Shown here one piece after another: positions 9,563 through 18,539 of a DNA stretch of 64,000 nucleotides. The notes beneath the pieces were generated by a model. That model worked only from the letters and a program-made list of their open reading frames with translations. It made no database searches and was not told where the DNA came from. A program made the translations under genes and the position numbers. Within the stretch, counting starts at the first letter, position 1. Each line of letters begins with the position of its first letter. Origin of the DNA: Bacillota bacterium (GTDB lineage: Bacteria > Bacillota > Limnochordia > Darwinibacteriales > Darwinibacteriaceae); the NCBI GenBank assembly GCA_012837385.1, contig DURH01000066.1:7717-71716 (forward strand), read 5' to 3'.

Positions 9563-10165
9563 CTAACTAGCCCGTTTCTTCTGCCGAGCAGAAATCATGT
9601 TCACTAACCCCATCAGGATGCCCAAGGTGATAAAGGCTCCAGGCGGCAGAGACATAATGCCAATGGTTGCTCCGACCGGGAGTTTGACGTTGAAAATCGA
9701 CCCTGCACCAAGCAGTTCCCTCACTGCTCCGAGAACAGTCAACGCCCAGGTGAAGCCCAGACCCATACCTAGTCCATCAAAGATCGATGCGATCACGGAG
9801 TTCTTGGAAGCGAAGGCCTCAGCCCTCCCCAAGACAATGCAGTTCACCACGATCAAGGGGATGAACAAGCCGAGTACCTGATGCAGGTCAGGCATGTACG
9901 CATTCATGAACAGATCAACGATGGTGACAAAAGTTGCGATCACAATGATATAGGCTGGAATGCGCACCTTATCGGGAATTACCTTGCGCAGCAGGCTGAT
10001 CAAGGCACTGGAGCAGGCAATGACAAAGGCGGTCGCGAGCCCCATTCCCAAGCCGTTCACTGCACTGGTGGTCACCGCCAACGTAGGGCAGAGACCGATC
10101 ATCAGACGGAAGGTGGGGTTCTCATTCCACAGTCCATTCACGAAGTTTTTAACCATGCGAGCCAT
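9563..10165 (-). CDS. rnfE: Rnf complex subunit E
   Basis: RnfE/NqrD family (GLCPTLAVTTS). Confidence 0.9.
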   Translation of the reverse strand: MARMVKNFVNGLWNENPTFRLMIGLCPTLAVTTSAVNGLGMGLATAFVIACSSALISLLRKVIPDKVRIPAYIIVIATFVTIVDLFMNAYMPDLHQVLGLFIPLIVVNCIVLGRAEAFASKNSVIASIFDGLGMGLGFTWALTVLGAVRELLGAGSIFNVKLPVGATIGIMSLPPGAFITLGILMGLVNMISARQKKRAS

Positions 10166-10167
10166 AC

Positions 10168-10758
10168 TTACTCCCCTCCCCTATAAATTGCCACCGCATC
10201 CTGGAGTCCCTTACGGACCGCTTCCGCTGTGGCCCGAGCGGAAATTGTAGCTCCAGAAAGGTTGTCAATGTCTTGATTGATGGCAATTGGATCCTGGGCG
10301 GTCTTGCCCGCAAACTGACTGCGGAAACCTTCGTCTTCGATGCGAGAACCCAAACCGGGAGTCTCGGTATGACTGAGGATCTTCACGTTTAAAATCTGAT
10401 CAGTATCCTCATCCACGCCCACCAGGACTCTCACTACACCACCATAGCCATTACCCTCACCAACAAAGGCATAGCCCACGATCTTACCCTGGGCGTCGAC
10501 GCCTTGGTAAATCAAGGTGGTCTTCTGCTCTCTTTCCTTCATCTCCCCTGGGTCTTCTACGCCCAGCTCATCGGGGCTCCGACGAATGATGTTTACTGTA
10601 CTGGTACCTGGCAAAACTTCAAGCACGGAACTCTCCAAAGCACGGGCTTCATTCTCTTCTATTATAACACTTGCCGTTTGGTACGCCCAAGACAAAACAC
10701 CCGCAGAAACCATGGCAATTACTGATAGAACAACAATCATGCGCACAGATTCATTCAC
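10168..10758 (-). CDS. rnfG: Rnf complex subunit G (FMN-binding)
   Basis: FMN_bind domain with SGATISARA (flavinylated Thr/Ser motif) and an N-terminal TM helix. Confidence 0.85.
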   Translation of the reverse strand: MNESVRMIVVLSVIAMVSAGVLSWAYQTASVIIEENEARALESSVLEVLPGTSTVNIIRRSPDELGVEDPGEMKEREQKTTLIYQGVDAQGKIVGYAFVGEGNGYGGVVRVLVGVDEDTDQILNVKILSHTETPGLGSRIEDEGFRSQFAGKTAQDPIAINQDIDNLSGATISARATAEAVRKGLQDAVAIYRGGE

Positions 10759-11671
10759 TGACCTTCACCCCTTGCCCATAAATTCGGGGGCGCGTCCAAC
10801 GGTTGAGCAGCGGAGTTACTGCATTCATGAACAGAATGGCATAGGTAACTCCTTCAGGAAAGCCTCCCCAAACTCGAATCACCATAATAATAACACCGAT
10901 GCCGATACCGAAGATCCAGCGTCCTGCCTTAGTTACAGGCGATGTGACCATATCTGTAGCCATATACACTGCTCCAAAGAGCAAGCTGCCGGAGAGTAGG
11001 TGGAACACTGGATCCTGCCCAGCCAAGAGTGCAAACACTGTAACGGATCCCAAAATACCTACGGGAATCCGGTAATCAATTACTCCCCTATAGAAAAGGT
11101 AGATTCCGCCCAGCAGAATGGCTAGGGCAGAGGTCTCACCTAAGGATCCGGCTACCGAACCGAAGAACAGATCGGGAATCCGGCTTACCGCAGGACCCAT
11201 GGCTAAGGGGGTGGCAGCACTTACCGCGTCAATTGGTGCGGTCCACGCCGTCATAGCCTTGGCAAAGGATGCGGTCAGAAAGGCCCGGCCCACTAAAGCT
11301 GGGTTAAAGGGATTGTGCCCTAAGCCGCCAAACACCTGCTTACCAATGGCAATGGCGAAGGCTGAACCAAGAATAACCATCCAGCTGGGCAGGGTTGGCG
11401 GTACGCTTAATCCCAGGAGTACTCCGGTAATTAAGGCGCTGCCATCGGCTACGGTAACGGGACGCTTACGAAGCCGTTGAAAAATCGCTTCGGTGGCCAC
11501 TGCTGATCCAGAGGCCAGAAGCACCACCCGCACGGCATCCCATCTGAAGAAGTAAATCGATGCAGCTACAACAGGCAGTAGAGCCAGTAGAACTGCAAAC
11601 ATAATCTTTTCAGTTGTATCTGTATCCCGGATGTGAGGGGACGGAGATACCAGCAATCTTAAATCATCCAT
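10751..11671 (-). CDS. rnfD: Rnf complex subunit D
   Basis: NqrB/RnfD family polytopic protein with an SGSLGETSALA flavin-attachment region. Confidence 0.9.
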   Translation of the reverse strand: MDDLRLLVSPSPHIRDTDTTEKIMFAVLLALLPVVAASIYFFRWDAVRVVLLASGSAVATEAIFQRLRKRPVTVADGSALITGVLLGLSVPPTLPSWMVILGSAFAIAIGKQVFGGLGHNPFNPALVGRAFLTASFAKAMTAWTAPIDAVSAATPLAMGPAVSRIPDLFFGSVAGSLGETSALAILLGGIYLFYRGVIDYRIPVGILGSVTVFALLAGQDPVFHLLSGSLLFGAVYMATDMVTSPVTKAGRWIFGIGIGVIIMVIRVWGGFPEGVTYAILFMNAVTPLLNRWTRPRIYGQGVKVSE

Positions 11672-11684
11672 TGTCCACCCTCCT

Positions 11685-13001
11685 TTAGCTTGATCTTCTT
11701 TGGCTTTCGATTATTTCCGCTTTGGCAAAACGGATATAGTGCAGCAGAGGCCGCTTGGACGGACAGATGTAGGTACAGCATCCGCATTCGATACAGTCCA
11801 GAGCTCCGTATTCCTCTGCGTTATCCCACTGCTCGTTCATGCCGTAGGCCTCCAGCTTAAGAGGCATTAGGTTCGCTGGGCACACATCCACACAGCGAGC
11901 GCACTTGATGCAGGGCATGGGATTAGGGGTCTTGCTTTCATCTACCCCAAAGGCCAAAACCCCACTGGTTACCTTAGTTACCGGTGCCTCCAGATCAAAC
12001 TGAGCTCCGCCCATCATAGGTCCGCCTGCCACCACCTTGCCAGGTGTTTGGCTGAACCCGCCAGCGGCCTCGATCAAATCCTGAAACGGAGTTCCAATAG
12101 GAACGAAGAAATTCTGCGGTTCGGCAATGACTGAACCGGTTACAGTGACCACCCGGGAAATCAGAGGCTCACCGTCACGGAGCGCCTTAGTCACCGCATA
12201 GGCAGTACCCACATTTTGCACAACGCAACCGGCTTGGAAGGGCAGCCCCTTGCTGGGTACTTCCCTGCCGGTGAGGGCCTGAATCAACTGCTTTTCTCCG
12301 CCTTGGGGATACCTAGTGGGCAGAGCCACCACATCAACGGCTCCTGCCTGCTCCTTCAGAGAGGCTATGGCATCGGGCTTATTGTCCTCAACCCCGATGA
12401 TAATCTTGCGTGCACCGCACGCCTTGGCCAAGAGCTTAGCACCGAGCACGATCTCTTCGGCATACTCCACCATCAGCCGGTGGTCTGCTGTGAGATAGGG
12501 CTCGCATTCACAACCATTAATAATCAAATAATCAATGCTGACTCCTTGCGGTGGAGTGAGCTTAACCGCGGTGGGAAAACCTGCGCCGCCCATGCCCACA
12601 ATACCTGCCGCTTGAATCCGCTCCACAATGGTCTTGGCATCAAGCTGGACCGGGTCAGGATGGGCCTCCCTTTCCACCCAATTGTCCTGGCCATCGTTCT
12701 CAATTACTATGGAAGTGACCGAGCGCCCAGAAGCGCTGGTCCTTGGTTCAATGGCTGTTACTTTACCTGATACTGGCGAGTGTACAGGAGCGCTGATCTT
12801 ACCATCGGCCTCAGCCAAAAGCTGGCCTTTCAGCACCTCATCGCCTTTGGCAACGAGCGGCTTGGCCTCGCGCCCTACATGCTGCAGGAGAGGCACAACT
12901 AGAGTTGCCGGAGCAGGCAGAGACTGGATGGGAGTACTGCTGGTGCTCTGCTTGTTCTCACTGGGATGAATGCCTCCGAAAAACGCACGAACTCGTCTCA
13001 T
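11685..13001 (-). CDS. rnfC: Rnf complex subunit C (NADH-binding, 2x[4Fe-4S])
   Basis: MRRVRAFFGGIHP N-terminus typical of RnfC, a GMGGAGFPT NADH site, and CIKCARCVDVCP plus CIECGCCTYICP clusters. Start set to the ATG at 13001 behind a GAGGTGATAGG RBS; the 54-codon upstream extension was discarded. Confidence 0.9.
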   Translation of the reverse strand: MRRVRAFFGGIHPSENKQSTSSTPIQSLPAPATLVVPLLQHVGREAKPLVAKGDEVLKGQLLAEADGKISAPVHSPVSGKVTAIEPRTSASGRSVTSIVIENDGQDNWVEREAHPDPVQLDAKTIVERIQAAGIVGMGGAGFPTAVKLTPPQGVSIDYLIINGCECEPYLTADHRLMVEYAEEIVLGAKLLAKACGARKIIIGVEDNKPDAIASLKEQAGAVDVVALPTRYPQGGEKQLIQALTGREVPSKGLPFQAGCVVQNVGTAYAVTKALRDGEPLISRVVTVTGSVIAEPQNFFVPIGTPFQDLIEAAGGFSQTPGKVVAGGPMMGGAQFDLEAPVTKVTSGVLAFGVDESKTPNPMPCIKCARCVDVCPANLMPLKLEAYGMNEQWDNAEEYGALDCIECGCCTYICPSKRPLLHYIRFAKAEIIESQRRSS

Positions 13002-13080
13002 GTATCCTATCACCTCACACTCGATATTTTCCTTGCTGCTGTCGTGATACCGCCTGGCGGCCCCTGGCAGACCACTCCGA

Positions 13081-13578
13081 CTAGATATTCTGGTCTGGCC
13101 CTGTGAATCCTGCCTCTGACAAATTTTTAGCACCCTGGAAGCCAAACTGCCTCCAAGCCTCATACACCACTACAGCTACAGTATTTGACAGATTCAAGGA
13201 TCTTACATCACGCTGGGGCAGCGTGACAACCTGCTGGGGGTAGGCCTCCAGAAGCTTCTGGCTGAGCCCCTTGGTCTCACTGCCAAAAACCAGATAATCA
13301 CCTTGTTGATAACTCACTTCAGAATAGAGCTTGGCTGCTCCCGTCTCCAGGAAATACATGTGCTCTGGACACTGTGCTTCCAAAAAATCCGCAAAGGAAT
13401 CATGGACCTCCAAATTGAGATACTGCCAGTAATCCAGCCCAGCCCTTTTCAGCTTAGGGTCACTGAGGAAAAAACCCAAAGGCTTGATAAGATGCAGGGT
13501 CGCCCCCACAGCCACACAAAGCCTAGCAATATTGCCGGTGTTAGCCGGTATTTCCGGCTCCACCAGAACCACATGCAT
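13081..13578 (-). CDS. trmL: tRNA (cytidine/uridine-2'-O)-methyltransferase TrmL (SpoU/TrmH family)
   Basis: 165 aa with MHVVLVEPEIPANTGNIARLC at the N-terminus and SPOUT knot motifs (LVFGSETKGL). Confidence 0.8.
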   Translation of the reverse strand: MHVVLVEPEIPANTGNIARLCVAVGATLHLIKPLGFFLSDPKLKRAGLDYWQYLNLEVHDSFADFLEAQCPEHMYFLETGAAKLYSEVSYQQGDYLVFGSETKGLSQKLLEAYPQQVVTLPQRDVRSLNLSNTVAVVVYEAWRQFGFQGAKNLSEAGFTGPDQNI

Positions 13579-13645
13579 CGATCCTTCACCCCCTTTTGCG
13601 CGATAAAAGAGGGTCCCTTAGCGACCCTCGACTTAGTCTCTGTAT

Positions 13646-14368
13646 TCAGAAGAAGTAACGGATAAACACCTGTGCCTGGTGCTGTGTGAGTCCAGCCCCC
13701 AGTGTGAAAGGCTGCTCGGGAAGGGAAAGCAGCACATGCATACTAAGGCCCTCGTTGACTAAGGTTATATCCAGCTTGACTTTGTCTTGAGGTTCCTGAT
13801 AAGACATGCCAAAACCGAAGGAACTGCCCAAATTGAGGGAAAAGCGCCACACACCCTGCCTGGTAAACTGCACATAGGGCATGATGCTGTACTCAAACTC
13901 CCCGATTTCCGATACAGAAAGCTGCGCCCTGCCCGCCAGTCCATGGCCGATCACTCCATACATGCGGCTGAACTCTCCATAGGCCCCCACATGGGGATCC
14001 GCACCGTTCAAAAAAGTCGAGAGGATGGGCCGGTGGGTATTGCCTCCAAACAGCTCCAGGCTGTAGCCAATATTGCCCATGATAACCTGTTTATGCCCGC
14101 TGAACCAGCTAAAGGTTTCCTCATTGGCTTCCGAATGGGTCAAATAACCGCCGATTCCTGTTTTTTCATAGCCCAGCAGGCCGCGGGCTCTGATGGTTTC
14201 CTGACTCAAACCCAAACCGGTTTGCCAGCCCTGGGGTCCAAAACCAAAGGGCATGTCCTCCGCCTCAAAGGCCATGGCGCCCTGGCAGACAGTTAAGGCA
14301 ATAAACCCGATTAAACCGAGTATGATCAGACTGCGCCACTGGGGCTCCAACACGTACTCCTCCCTCAA
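13646..14368 (-). CDS. secreted beta-barrel-like protein with C-terminal aromatic residue (putative outer-membrane-type protein)
   Basis: Signal peptide (LIILGLIGFIALTVCQGAMA), alternating hydrophobic/polar strand patterns (VWRFSLNLGSSFGFGMSY, KLDITLVNEGLSMHVLLSL) and an AQVFIRYFF C-terminus. I do not recognise a named family. Confidence 0.45.
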   Translation of the reverse strand: MREEYVLEPQWRSLIILGLIGFIALTVCQGAMAFEAEDMPFGFGPQGWQTGLGLSQETIRARGLLGYEKTGIGGYLTHSEANEETFSWFSGHKQVIMGNIGYSLELFGGNTHRPILSTFLNGADPHVGAYGEFSRMYGVIGHGLAGRAQLSVSEIGEFEYSIMPYVQFTRQGVWRFSLNLGSSFGFGMSYQEPQDKVKLDITLVNEGLSMHVLLSLPEQPFTLGAGLTQHQAQVFIRYFF

Positions 14369-15165
14369 ATTCTTTCTACTTTCACATCGGGTAAGCTCCT
14401 AATTTCCTCCACGCTTATCCCGGGATTCAGCACCACATTGGACAGCTGCATGGTACCTTGGAGGGTCTCCCCCTCATACACGGTGATTTCATGGGGGAAC
14501 CAGCTGTCATCCTTCACCCGCACGTACCAGACCTCATCTTCCGGGGCATCCACCTTGAGCAGGTAGTCGGTGACACCCTCCAGCTCCGTCTTCTCTATGA
14601 TCTCCACATTGTACTGGGAGAAATCAAAGTAGTCGGTGAGTTGAGCCATGTTCTGCCCAATGCTGAGAGCAGCCATCGCTTCCTTGCTGGCATCTTCCAT
14701 ACCCCGTACCACTATTACATTGGTCACTGGCTGGAAAACCCACACTTCCAAATTCTCCTGATCAGCAAGGACAATCATACCTCGAACGGCACTGGGTTCG
14801 GCAAACTCAGCCCGTCCCAGCCTGTGTTCAACACTGACCTGCATGTGGAGCACTACTTCTTCATTGCGGCGATCCCTAATCTCAGTGACGGTGATATCCA
14901 AAGTTAGATCCTGCACATCTTCAACTGCAGACTTGATGCAGTCCACCACTTCAGCCGCTTCGTCTGAGATGGCGATCTCCCGCATCACCTCTTCATACTT
15001 CTCAGTAAAGGGGTCTGGCTCCTCCTTTGATTCTTGGGGGAGGCTCAAGTTCAACTGAAATGTCTTCGCCGGGTTTCCCGCGGACACCATGGAAGAAAAG
15101 CTAAGAAAGATAATAACGGCAAAAATAAGTGCTGCTGATGCATTCCATTGATACTTCATTCCCAA
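14365..15165 (-). CDS. secreted LolA-fold-like / DUF4367-like protein
   Basis: Signal peptide without a lipobox Cys. The size (266 aa) and composition suggest the LolA/anti-sigma RsiV-like fold. Its stop overlaps the start of the 13646-14368 gene (ATGA-type), so the two are translationally coupled. The family call is tentative. Confidence 0.4.
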   Translation of the reverse strand: MGMKYQWNASAALIFAVIIFLSFSSMVSAGNPAKTFQLNLSLPQESKEEPDPFTEKYEEVMREIAISDEAAEVVDCIKSAVEDVQDLTLDITVTEIRDRRNEEVVLHMQVSVEHRLGRAEFAEPSAVRGMIVLADQENLEVWVFQPVTNVIVVRGMEDASKEAMAALSIGQNMAQLTDYFDFSQYNVEIIEKTELEGVTDYLLKVDAPEDEVWYVRVKDDSWFPHEITVYEGETLQGTMQLSNVVLNPGISVEEIRSLPDVKVERI

Positions 15166-15212
15166 CGACTCCTAGCGTGAATATCATAGTCCCCCAACAC
15201 CCCGAAACCCAG

Positions 15213-15241
15213 TTGCACTGAATGAGGACAAGTTGTACAAT
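15213..15241 (+). promoter_or_regulatory. sigma-A-type promoter for the FmdB-family gene
   Basis: TTGCAC (15213-15218), a 17-nt spacer, then TACAAT (15236-15241). An AAAGGAGGG RBS lies 6 nt before the ATG at 15274. Confidence 0.55.
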
Positions 15242-15273
15242 ATCATTTAGATGCCTGAAAGGAGGGATGCCAA

Positions 15274-15477
15274 ATGCCTATTTATGAATACAAATGTCCT
15301 AACTGCGGCCGCTTCGAGCTGAAGCAAAACATAAAAGACGACAGTCTCAGCCATTGTCCCACCTGCAGCGCTCCAGTTCAGCGCCTCATCGGAAAGAATG
15401 TTGGCATAATCTTCAAAGGGCCTGGCTTTTATGTGAATGACAGTCGCAGTGATTCCAGCGACAGCTCTGCTTCGTAA
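15274..15477 (+). CDS. FmdB-family zinc-ribbon putative regulatory protein
   Basis: MPIYEYKCPNCGRFE...CPTCSAP is the canonical FmdB CxxC...CxxC zinc ribbon, followed by an acidic, Ser-rich tail. Confidence 0.8.
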   Translation: MPIYEYKCPNCGRFELKQNIKDDSLSHCPTCSAPVQRLIGKNVGIIFKGPGFYVNDSRSDSSDSSAS

Positions 15478-15487
15478 GACCTGGTGA

Positions 15488-15514
15488 GCACCTTCCCCGT
15501 GAAGGTGCTTTTTT
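15488..15514. terminator. rho-independent terminator (bidirectional between fmdB-like gene and M48 gene)
   Basis: GCACCTTC-CCCGT-GAAGGTGC hairpin followed by TTTTTT. Confidence 0.7.
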
Positions 15515-15538
15515 AATGCTCAACCAATGTACAGTGGC

Positions 15539-16936
15539 CTAAGGCAGAGTCAAAGCCGGCCTAGTCAGCCTATAGGTATTACCTTCCTTAATCAGGGTGG
15601 GATTCAGAACCCGTTTGCGCTGCAGCACCACGGGCACAGGATGGTCGATCCGCACCTGGACCACCTCAGGCGGCTGGGTTTGATACCACCTGCCGTTATG
15701 AAGGAAATACAGCCCGTCATCCAGCCAGCAGGAGCCTTGGGCCGTCAGTCCCCTGCTAACTTCCACATAGGCTTTTTCTCCTAGATAAGCTGCCATAACC
15801 CTCTTCTCTCCAGGACCCACCACATCCAAGGCCAAAGCCCTACCGTGTGGCGACCAGCAGAAAGCCGCAACATCACCTTGGACCTTCAACTGCTCCACAA
15901 CATAGCCCCAGCGGTCAGTGATCCAGACCTCTCCCCCTGCTTCTGCCTCCACCAGGAGGGCCAGATAGTCCCCTTGGGGAGACCAGGCAGCCTCGCGAAC
16001 CGAGGCTTGGGGAACCCAAGTCACATACTCCCTGTTCTGTTCATCAAAAACCCGCAGCCCCCCGGGCTGCCCAGATAGCTCCAGCATATACCGGCCTTTA
16101 GGATCAGTTCGCCCACTCTGGTCTGAATTCCTGCCCTGATTTAATCTTTCTAGTACTTTGGAATCGCCAACTACCACTGGTTCTGACCAGAAGGATCCCA
16201 GAGCTGTTTCCAGGCGCTGTCTGCGCTGCTGCACATCGGGATGAGTGCTGAAGAGATGCACTGGTTCCTCGGAACTGTTCACCTGGGCCAGCCTATCCAA
16301 AAGGCCGATGGCACCGATCGGATCAAAACCTGCCTGCACAGCCAGGCTTTGCCCCACTGCATCCGCTTCAAACTCAGCCTCGCGGCCCCAGCCTAACTGG
16401 AGAACCTGCACCAGGGTAGCCCCGGCCAGCCGCACCAGCTCTCCTGAGATGAAATCCAAAGCAAGGGCGCCCACCTCAGCCAGGACAGTGAGGCCCATCT
16501 GCCGCAGCACAGCATTCACGCCGTGCTTCTTTTCCACATGGGCGATTTCATGCCCCAACACCGCGGCGAGCTGCGCCTCGTCCCCCCCGATCAGGTTCAA
16601 GAGGCCCCTAGTGATAAACACATAGCCGCCGGGAAGGGAAAAGGCATTGGCCTCCCTGGAGTTGAGCACCGTGAGGGTATACTCCACATCCTCCCGGCCC
16701 ACACAGGCCGTTAAGCGGGCAAAGACCTCCTCCAACCAGAGCCGCTGCTGAATGGGGGGAATGTATTCTCCCCCGTACTCCTTGATTAAGGCAGGCGCGG
16801 TTCCTGAGCCCAAGGTCCGTTCAAACCGGGCACTGATCGTGGCGGCTGAACTAGGCGCAGCCGCCCCAAGCAGAAGCACAAACACGAGGATAAGACATGT
16901 CAAGCGAAGCCTGTTCCTCACCATCAAAACAACCAC
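15539..16936 (-). CDS. M48-family zinc metalloprotease fused to a C-terminal beta-propeller (TolB-like) domain; BepA-like architecture
   Basis: HEIAHVEKKHG (HExxH) with downstream Glu, a signal peptide, and WD/TolB-like repeats in the C-terminal 200 aa (AWSPQGDYLALL, FCWSPHGRALAL). The start may instead be the M5 codon at 16924, which forms a TGATG overlap with the upstream stop. Confidence 0.75.
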   Translation of the reverse strand: MVVLMVRNRLRLTCLILVFVLLLGAAAPSSAATISARFERTLGSGTAPALIKEYGGEYIPPIQQRLWLEEVFARLTACVGREDVEYTLTVLNSREANAFSLPGGYVFITRGLLNLIGGDEAQLAAVLGHEIAHVEKKHGVNAVLRQMGLTVLAEVGALALDFISGELVRLAGATLVQVLQLGWGREAEFEADAVGQSLAVQAGFDPIGAIGLLDRLAQVNSSEEPVHLFSTHPDVQQRRQRLETALGSFWSEPVVVGDSKVLERLNQGRNSDQSGRTDPKGRYMLELSGQPGGLRVFDEQNREYVTWVPQASVREAAWSPQGDYLALLVEAEAGGEVWITDRWGYVVEQLKVQGDVAAFCWSPHGRALALDVVGPGEKRVMAAYLGEKAYVEVSRGLTAQGSCWLDDGLYFLHNGRWYQTQPPEVVQVRIDHPVPVVLQRKRVLNPTLIKEGNTYRLTRPALTLP

Positions 16937-17445
16937 CGCCAGTGGTGCAGAATATCCTCCAAAAGCAAGGGCAGATCTGCAGCCTCAGGTTTGCTGTCAC
17001 TAAAGGCTATGGAAAAACCCTCTCCTCCAGGTAGGACTAGAAAAATGCGGTACTCCCACAAAGTGTTCCCCTGCCCGTCCTGATAGGAATACGAACACGA
17101 AACACCCCACTCTCCCGCCACCTCAACCGCCTGGAAATCCCCTACCAACTGAAACTCCTCCAGACCACCAGGGGCGCCATAGAGCTCCACTGAACGCTGG
17201 GCAAAATCCCGCGCAGAGCTATAGGCAACTGGGCCCAGGCGCTGAAAATAGAGGAGTTCGTGGTCTGCCTCGCCGTAGAACACCATCAGATCAGTGCTGC
17301 TGTGATGGGCTTGGTAAACCCAATGATCGCCAATAAACGTGCTGTACAGCCCCGTTGGATCAGTAAGCACAGCAGCAGAACCCATCGCAGCCGGCGACAG
17401 GAGAGACAAGAGTAGGACTGCTATTATTGCCCCATGCTTAGCCAT
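16924..17445 (-). CDS. secreted hypothetical protein (PsbP/DUF1795-like)
   Basis: Start trimmed to the ATG at 17445 (MAKHGAIIAVLLLSLLSPAAMGSAA signal peptide) behind a GAGGAAGGTG RBS. Its stop overlaps the M48 gene start. Confidence 0.5.
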   Translation of the reverse strand: MAKHGAIIAVLLLSLLSPAAMGSAAVLTDPTGLYSTFIGDHWVYQAHHSSTDLMVFYGEADHELLYFQRLGPVAYSSARDFAQRSVELYGAPGGLEEFQLVGDFQAVEVAGEWGVSCSYSYQDGQGNTLWEYRIFLVLPGGEGFSIAFSDSKPEAADLPLLLEDILHHWRWLF

Positions 17446-17458
17446 GAACCCACCTTCC

Positions 17459-18481
17459 TCAGGCTGAACCACGCACCACCAACTGGGCTTGGAGCATCTG
17501 CTGGTCAGGGAAAGTACCTGAGCCGTAGATCTGGGCGGTAAGCATCTGTACCGCAATCTGCCCCAACTCATAGATGGGCACATGCACAGAAGTCAAAGCA
17601 GGCTGGACGTAAGCACCCAGAATGGTGTTGTTAAAGCCCACTACCGCCACCTCTTCACCCACGACAACACCGCGCTCCTGGAGAGCGCGCATCGCTCCAA
17701 TGGCGATGAGGTCATCCACCGCGAAAATAGCGGAGAACTCCCCGTTTTGGAGCAGCCGCTGAGTGGCGCGATACCCGCCATCCACGGAGAACTCTGAGTG
17801 CTCCACCAGCGCCGGATCGACTTCCAAGCCGTGCTCCGCCAGGGCCTGATGGTAGCCAGCCAAGCGGTCGGCACTCACCACGTAACGGGGATCCCCATCT
17901 AAACAGGCTACACGGCGGTGCCCCTTGCCCAATAGATAGCTAACCGCCTTTTTCGCATCGCCAGTATTGTCGTTGTTCACCCAGTTGATGACTTCAGAGC
18001 CCTCATAGCGCCCAATGAGCACAAAGGGAAACCCGGCCTCTGCCAAGCGCGGAATAAGCTGATCCTGCCGATGAGAGGCTAAGAGTATTACCCCATCAAC
18101 CCGACGCTGCCTCAGCAAGTTCAAACATTCTTCATCCTCGTGGGTAAAAGAATTGCTGGTAGATAACACTAAGCTCAAACCGTGCTTGTAAGCGACAGAA
18201 GATATGCCTTGAATGACTGCGGGGAAAAAGGGGTTGGCAAAATTCCCTTGCGTTAAGCGGGAACGGATCACCCCGATGCTGTTGCTGGTCTGGTTCACCA
18301 GGCTGCGGGCAATGGCATTGGGATAATAGCCAAGTTCCGCCATGATCTGGCGCACCCGTTCCTTGGTGTTGGGGCTGATGCGGGGATGATCGGCGATTAC
18401 CCTACTCACTGTGGAGGGCGAAACCCCTGCCAGCCTAGCCACATCCTTGATAGTCACATTGCTCAATACGACCACATCCAT
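17459..18481 (-). CDS. LacI-family transcriptional regulator
   Basis: N-terminal HTH VTIKDVARLAGVSPSTVSRVI and a periplasmic-binding-protein-like sugar-binding core. Start at the ATG 18481 (MDVVVLSN). Confidence 0.85.
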   Translation of the reverse strand: MDVVVLSNVTIKDVARLAGVSPSTVSRVIADHPRISPNTKERVRQIMAELGYYPNAIARSLVNQTSNSIGVIRSRLTQGNFANPFFPAVIQGISSVAYKHGLSLVLSTSNSFTHEDEECLNLLRQRRVDGVILLASHRQDQLIPRLAEAGFPFVLIGRYEGSEVINWVNNDNTGDAKKAVSYLLGKGHRRVACLDGDPRYVVSADRLAGYHQALAEHGLEVDPALVEHSEFSVDGGYRATQRLLQNGEFSAIFAVDDLIAIGAMRALQERGVVVGEEVAVVGFNNTILGAYVQPALTSVHVPIYELGQIAVQMLTAQIYGSGTFPDQQMLQAQLVVRGSA

Positions 18482-18539
18482 TTTTTGTGGTAGCCCAAGT
18501 CCCTGTTGTAATACTACACAGGAAAGTCGATCCCTGCCC

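Noticed and set aside
12216-12770. 184-aa plus-strand ORF
   Set aside because: Antisense within rnfC, and spurious.
13002-13163. 54-codon N-terminal extension of rnfC
   Set aside because: RnfC proteins begin near FFGGIHP. The ATG at 13001 has a GAGGTGATAGG RBS, and the extension overlaps the trmL 3' end.
18411-18539. 43-codon extension of the GltS-like ORF
   Set aside because: It would overlap the divergent LacI gene start. The ATG at 18540 has an RBS and precedes the TM helix.
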